Source: Sphyrna mokarran
Taxonomy: Eukaryota
Direction: 5' to 3'
Assembly (NCBI GenBank): GCA_024679065.1
Contig: JAGIQG010000006.1
Span: 78,740,001-78,804,000, forward strand
DNA: 64,000 nucleotides
The notes below the pieces were generated by a model. That model did not search any database and was not told where the DNA came from. It worked only from the letters and a program-made list of their open reading frames with translations. Of this stretch, positions 61,600 to 64,000 are shown in pieces (positions within the stretch are counted from its first letter, which is position 1; each line of letters begins with the position of its first letter). The position numbers and the translations under genes are program-made.

Positions 61600-62117
61600 T
61601 AGTGGTTCTCAAATGCTTTTAGTTGGACGAACTTTTTCTAAGTGGATTCGAATCACAGTATTTTGTGTTATACCTATAGTATGAAAATGCTATATGAAGA
61701 ATTTTTTTCTAATTTTTTAAAATAACATATTTATTTACATAAATCAGTGAGATGGACCTACCTGTTTCTCCCTGTGGTTTCTTATCTATCCTCAGTTGTA
61801 ACACAAAGGGAGCAAGAACCCAGAAAAAGCACCAAGGAAGCAGATGGAAAAGCAAAAGCTTGGAGAAATCAAAGAAAAGTGGGGGTGGGGAAGGGGAGGT
61901 TACACAGAATGCATTATAACAGAAGGGGAGAGAGAGCATTAGCATGGCTGATAGTGACAGAGAGCACAGAATCTCTGGTTTTAGTTCACTGGCTTACTCT
62001 TATGCATGCTGCCCTGAGCAGTTACCCACATGGCCTGGGTTGGTCCTGTAACACAGATTCCCTGAATGGTTTCTGTGGACCCTCCAGGGTTTATGCATCC
62101 CAGTTTGAGAAGCACTG
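61600..62117. mobile_element. Possible MER5/Charlie-like hAT MITE ends
   Basis: TAGTGGTTCTCAAA at 61600 and TTTGAGAAGCACTG ending at 62117 are TIR-like. No clear TSD. Confidence 0.4.
61762..61858 (-). CDS. CDC14B: Candidate alternative CDC14B cassette exon encoding a hydrophobic C-terminus (SFCFSICFLGAFSGFLLPLCYN*, stop 61794-61792)
   Basis: Branch-point-like TAAC, long pyrimidine tract, ccaag| acceptor and ACAG|gtaggt donor. In phase with the upstream exon. Confidence 0.5.
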
Positions 62118-62739
62118 CCCTCTGTAGATCATTTAGATTGTCCCATCATGGTACAGATACCGTGCTTAAATATACACATTATATCCTAATGTTTGATTTT
62201 GACATTACAAAAGAATAAATTTTAAGATTGTGTGTAGAAATATTGAAAGCATTTGCATACTATCTTTGATAATGCAGACATATGGCTAATAATATACTAG
62301 TGTATGTACTTTAAATTGAACAAACAGAATATTTGAGCATGAATGCATTCCCCATAAATTCTACAATACTGAACAGCAGCATTTTATCAATGCTAGATTC
62401 TACTTATGTAGTAGTTGCAGCATCTATTTGCATTTTTCCAATAGTATTAAAAATAATTTACTGATGATAATTGACAATATTGCTTTCTCTTTTTAATATT
62501 AGTGACATACGCCAGCTATTCTTTACAGTGAATGCTCTTGCATAATTAGAATACGCTTATTTAGTTTTATACAGGTTCCTAGTCACCAATACAAATTTTT
62601 AATTGGAGAGAAAATGGAGAACTCATTCATAACACATTATGCGTGGACACTTGTAAAACTAAAACATTACTTTTTTCTGGAAAACTCATAACTTCGTTCA
62701 AGAGAACATTAGACTTCTATATTAAATACATTCCCTTAC

Positions 62740-62856
62740 CTCAGATTATTGTTTGCAACCATGGATCTGGTTGTCCGTTTGCTTAGAGGGCTTACACCAG
62801 GAATAGCACACGGATTAGAAGGCTTGCAGCTCTGTGTGCTAGACTGCAGTATTATC
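62740..62856 (-). CDS. CDC14B: CDC14B penultimate coding exon (IILQSSTQSCKPSNPCAIPGVSPLSKRTTRSMVANNNL.)
   Basis: Boundaries aacttag|G and AG|gtaagg, 117 nt. Resembles the human CDC14B C-terminal segment VILQSSVQSCK...KRTTRS. Expected syntenic position. Confidence 0.85.
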
Positions 62857-63379
62857 CTAAGTTCGTTTACAGTTGAAATAGAATACAAATAAAAAAATGC
62901 ATATTAAATAAGGTCACCAAGTGTAACATGATCATTCATTATAAATTTCTGCATCTTAAGAGTTAAATGAAATGGTTCAACACAGGGGTATTACAGTTTT
63001 GTTTCAACCCATATCAAGGTCAAGCTGAAAGGAATTTTAAACCACTAATTTAATTTACACTGTAATTCAATTCAAATCAAGAACAGCAGGGTCAATTCAG
63101 AAGTCTCTCGAATTGTTTGATGCTTAAAGATATCTTGCTTACATATAGTTTGCACACATTTCAGAGTTGCAACAATACGTACACACTTCCATATCAGTTT
63201 GTATAGTTCTGGTTTTGAAACGAGATGACTTGGAGGGAGCCTCATTTTCATCCCTCCTCTCATTTTTACTTTTTCAACATGATCAATTACTGCTTACTAT
63301 AAAAAAGAATATCCTTGCAATTATATAGAAGTATGAGTGATGTGATATATTTTTGTAAGAAGAGAGACGATAATAAGGG

Positions 63380-63770
63380 GTAACATTCTTAAGGGATGCT
63401 GAAGCAGAAAGACCTTGGTGTATATGTGCACAAGTCACTAAAGGTGGCAGGACATGTGGAAGGAGAAGTGAATAAAGCACATGATATTCTAGTCTTTATT
63501 AATAGGAGTATCAAGTACAGAAACAAGGAGATTATGCCAAACTTATACAAGACACTAGTTAGAGCTTAGCTAGGATATTGTGAACAATTCCCTTTACTTC
63601 ACCTTCCCTGCTAAATCCTGGCTTAACATTTCATCTGAAGACAGTGCAGCAGTCTATCACTATTGATCTGAAAGGTCAGCTTTCATTATATGCTCATGTT
63701 CTACAAAGTGGAACATGAGTCCATGACCTTCTGACTTGGAGGCAAGACTGCTATGATAGAGTCAAGTCTG
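63380..63770. mobile_element. CR1 fragment (+, 63380-63590) followed by a DeuSINE-like head (-, 63610-63770)
   Basis: LYKTLVR..L.YC motif, and CCATGACCTTCTGACTTGGAGGCAAGACTGCT as a reverse tRNA-like head. Confidence 0.55.
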
Positions 63771-64000
63771 ATATTACAAAAGATGCTCCATGTTAACTAT
63801 GGTTCACATTCTATCTGTCTCTGTCTTTATTCTGCTGTCTCAACTCAAACTTGTTGAGACAACAGGTCCTGATAAACTGACAATTTAATTGGCTGTAAAC
63901 AAGCTTCATTAAACCTATATAAGACAGTGATTAAATTTTCAGGAGTGTCCTTTGAAGTCTGAAATTTTGTAAACTTAATTCCAAATATTTGTTGAACATA

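Overview
Eukaryotic genomic DNA, most likely from a shark or other chondrichthyan (inferred from HE1/V-SINE-type and DeuSINE-type SINEs, abundant CR1 fragments and Penelope remnants). It holds the conserved vertebrate block ZNF367 (minus strand, 5 coding exons, 10432-3248, 300 aa), HABP4 (plus strand, 8 coding exons, 21514-49021, 415 aa) and the 3' end of CDC14B (minus strand, last two coding exons), in the same order and orientation as in human. Introns and intergenic DNA are filled with SINEs, CR1 and other LINE fragments, Penelope-like remnants with hammerhead-type motifs, hAT-type elements and a decayed Ty3/Gypsy LTR element. Most notable observations: (1) two SINEs each interrupted by a copy of nearby local DNA, in the orientation expected for template switching onto a local RNA; (2) a ~1.1 kb Penelope GIY-YIG inverted repeat with hammerhead-like cores, plus a graded series of shorter palindromic relatives; (3) a candidate CDC14B cassette exon giving a hydrophobic, tail-anchor-like C-terminus; (4) a candidate intronic box C/D RNA in HABP4; (5) a tRNA-headed LINE with a matching bipartite SINE. 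Exon boundaries were read by eye from splice signals and frame continuity. Repeat boundaries are approximate and family names come from recalled motifs, not database searches.
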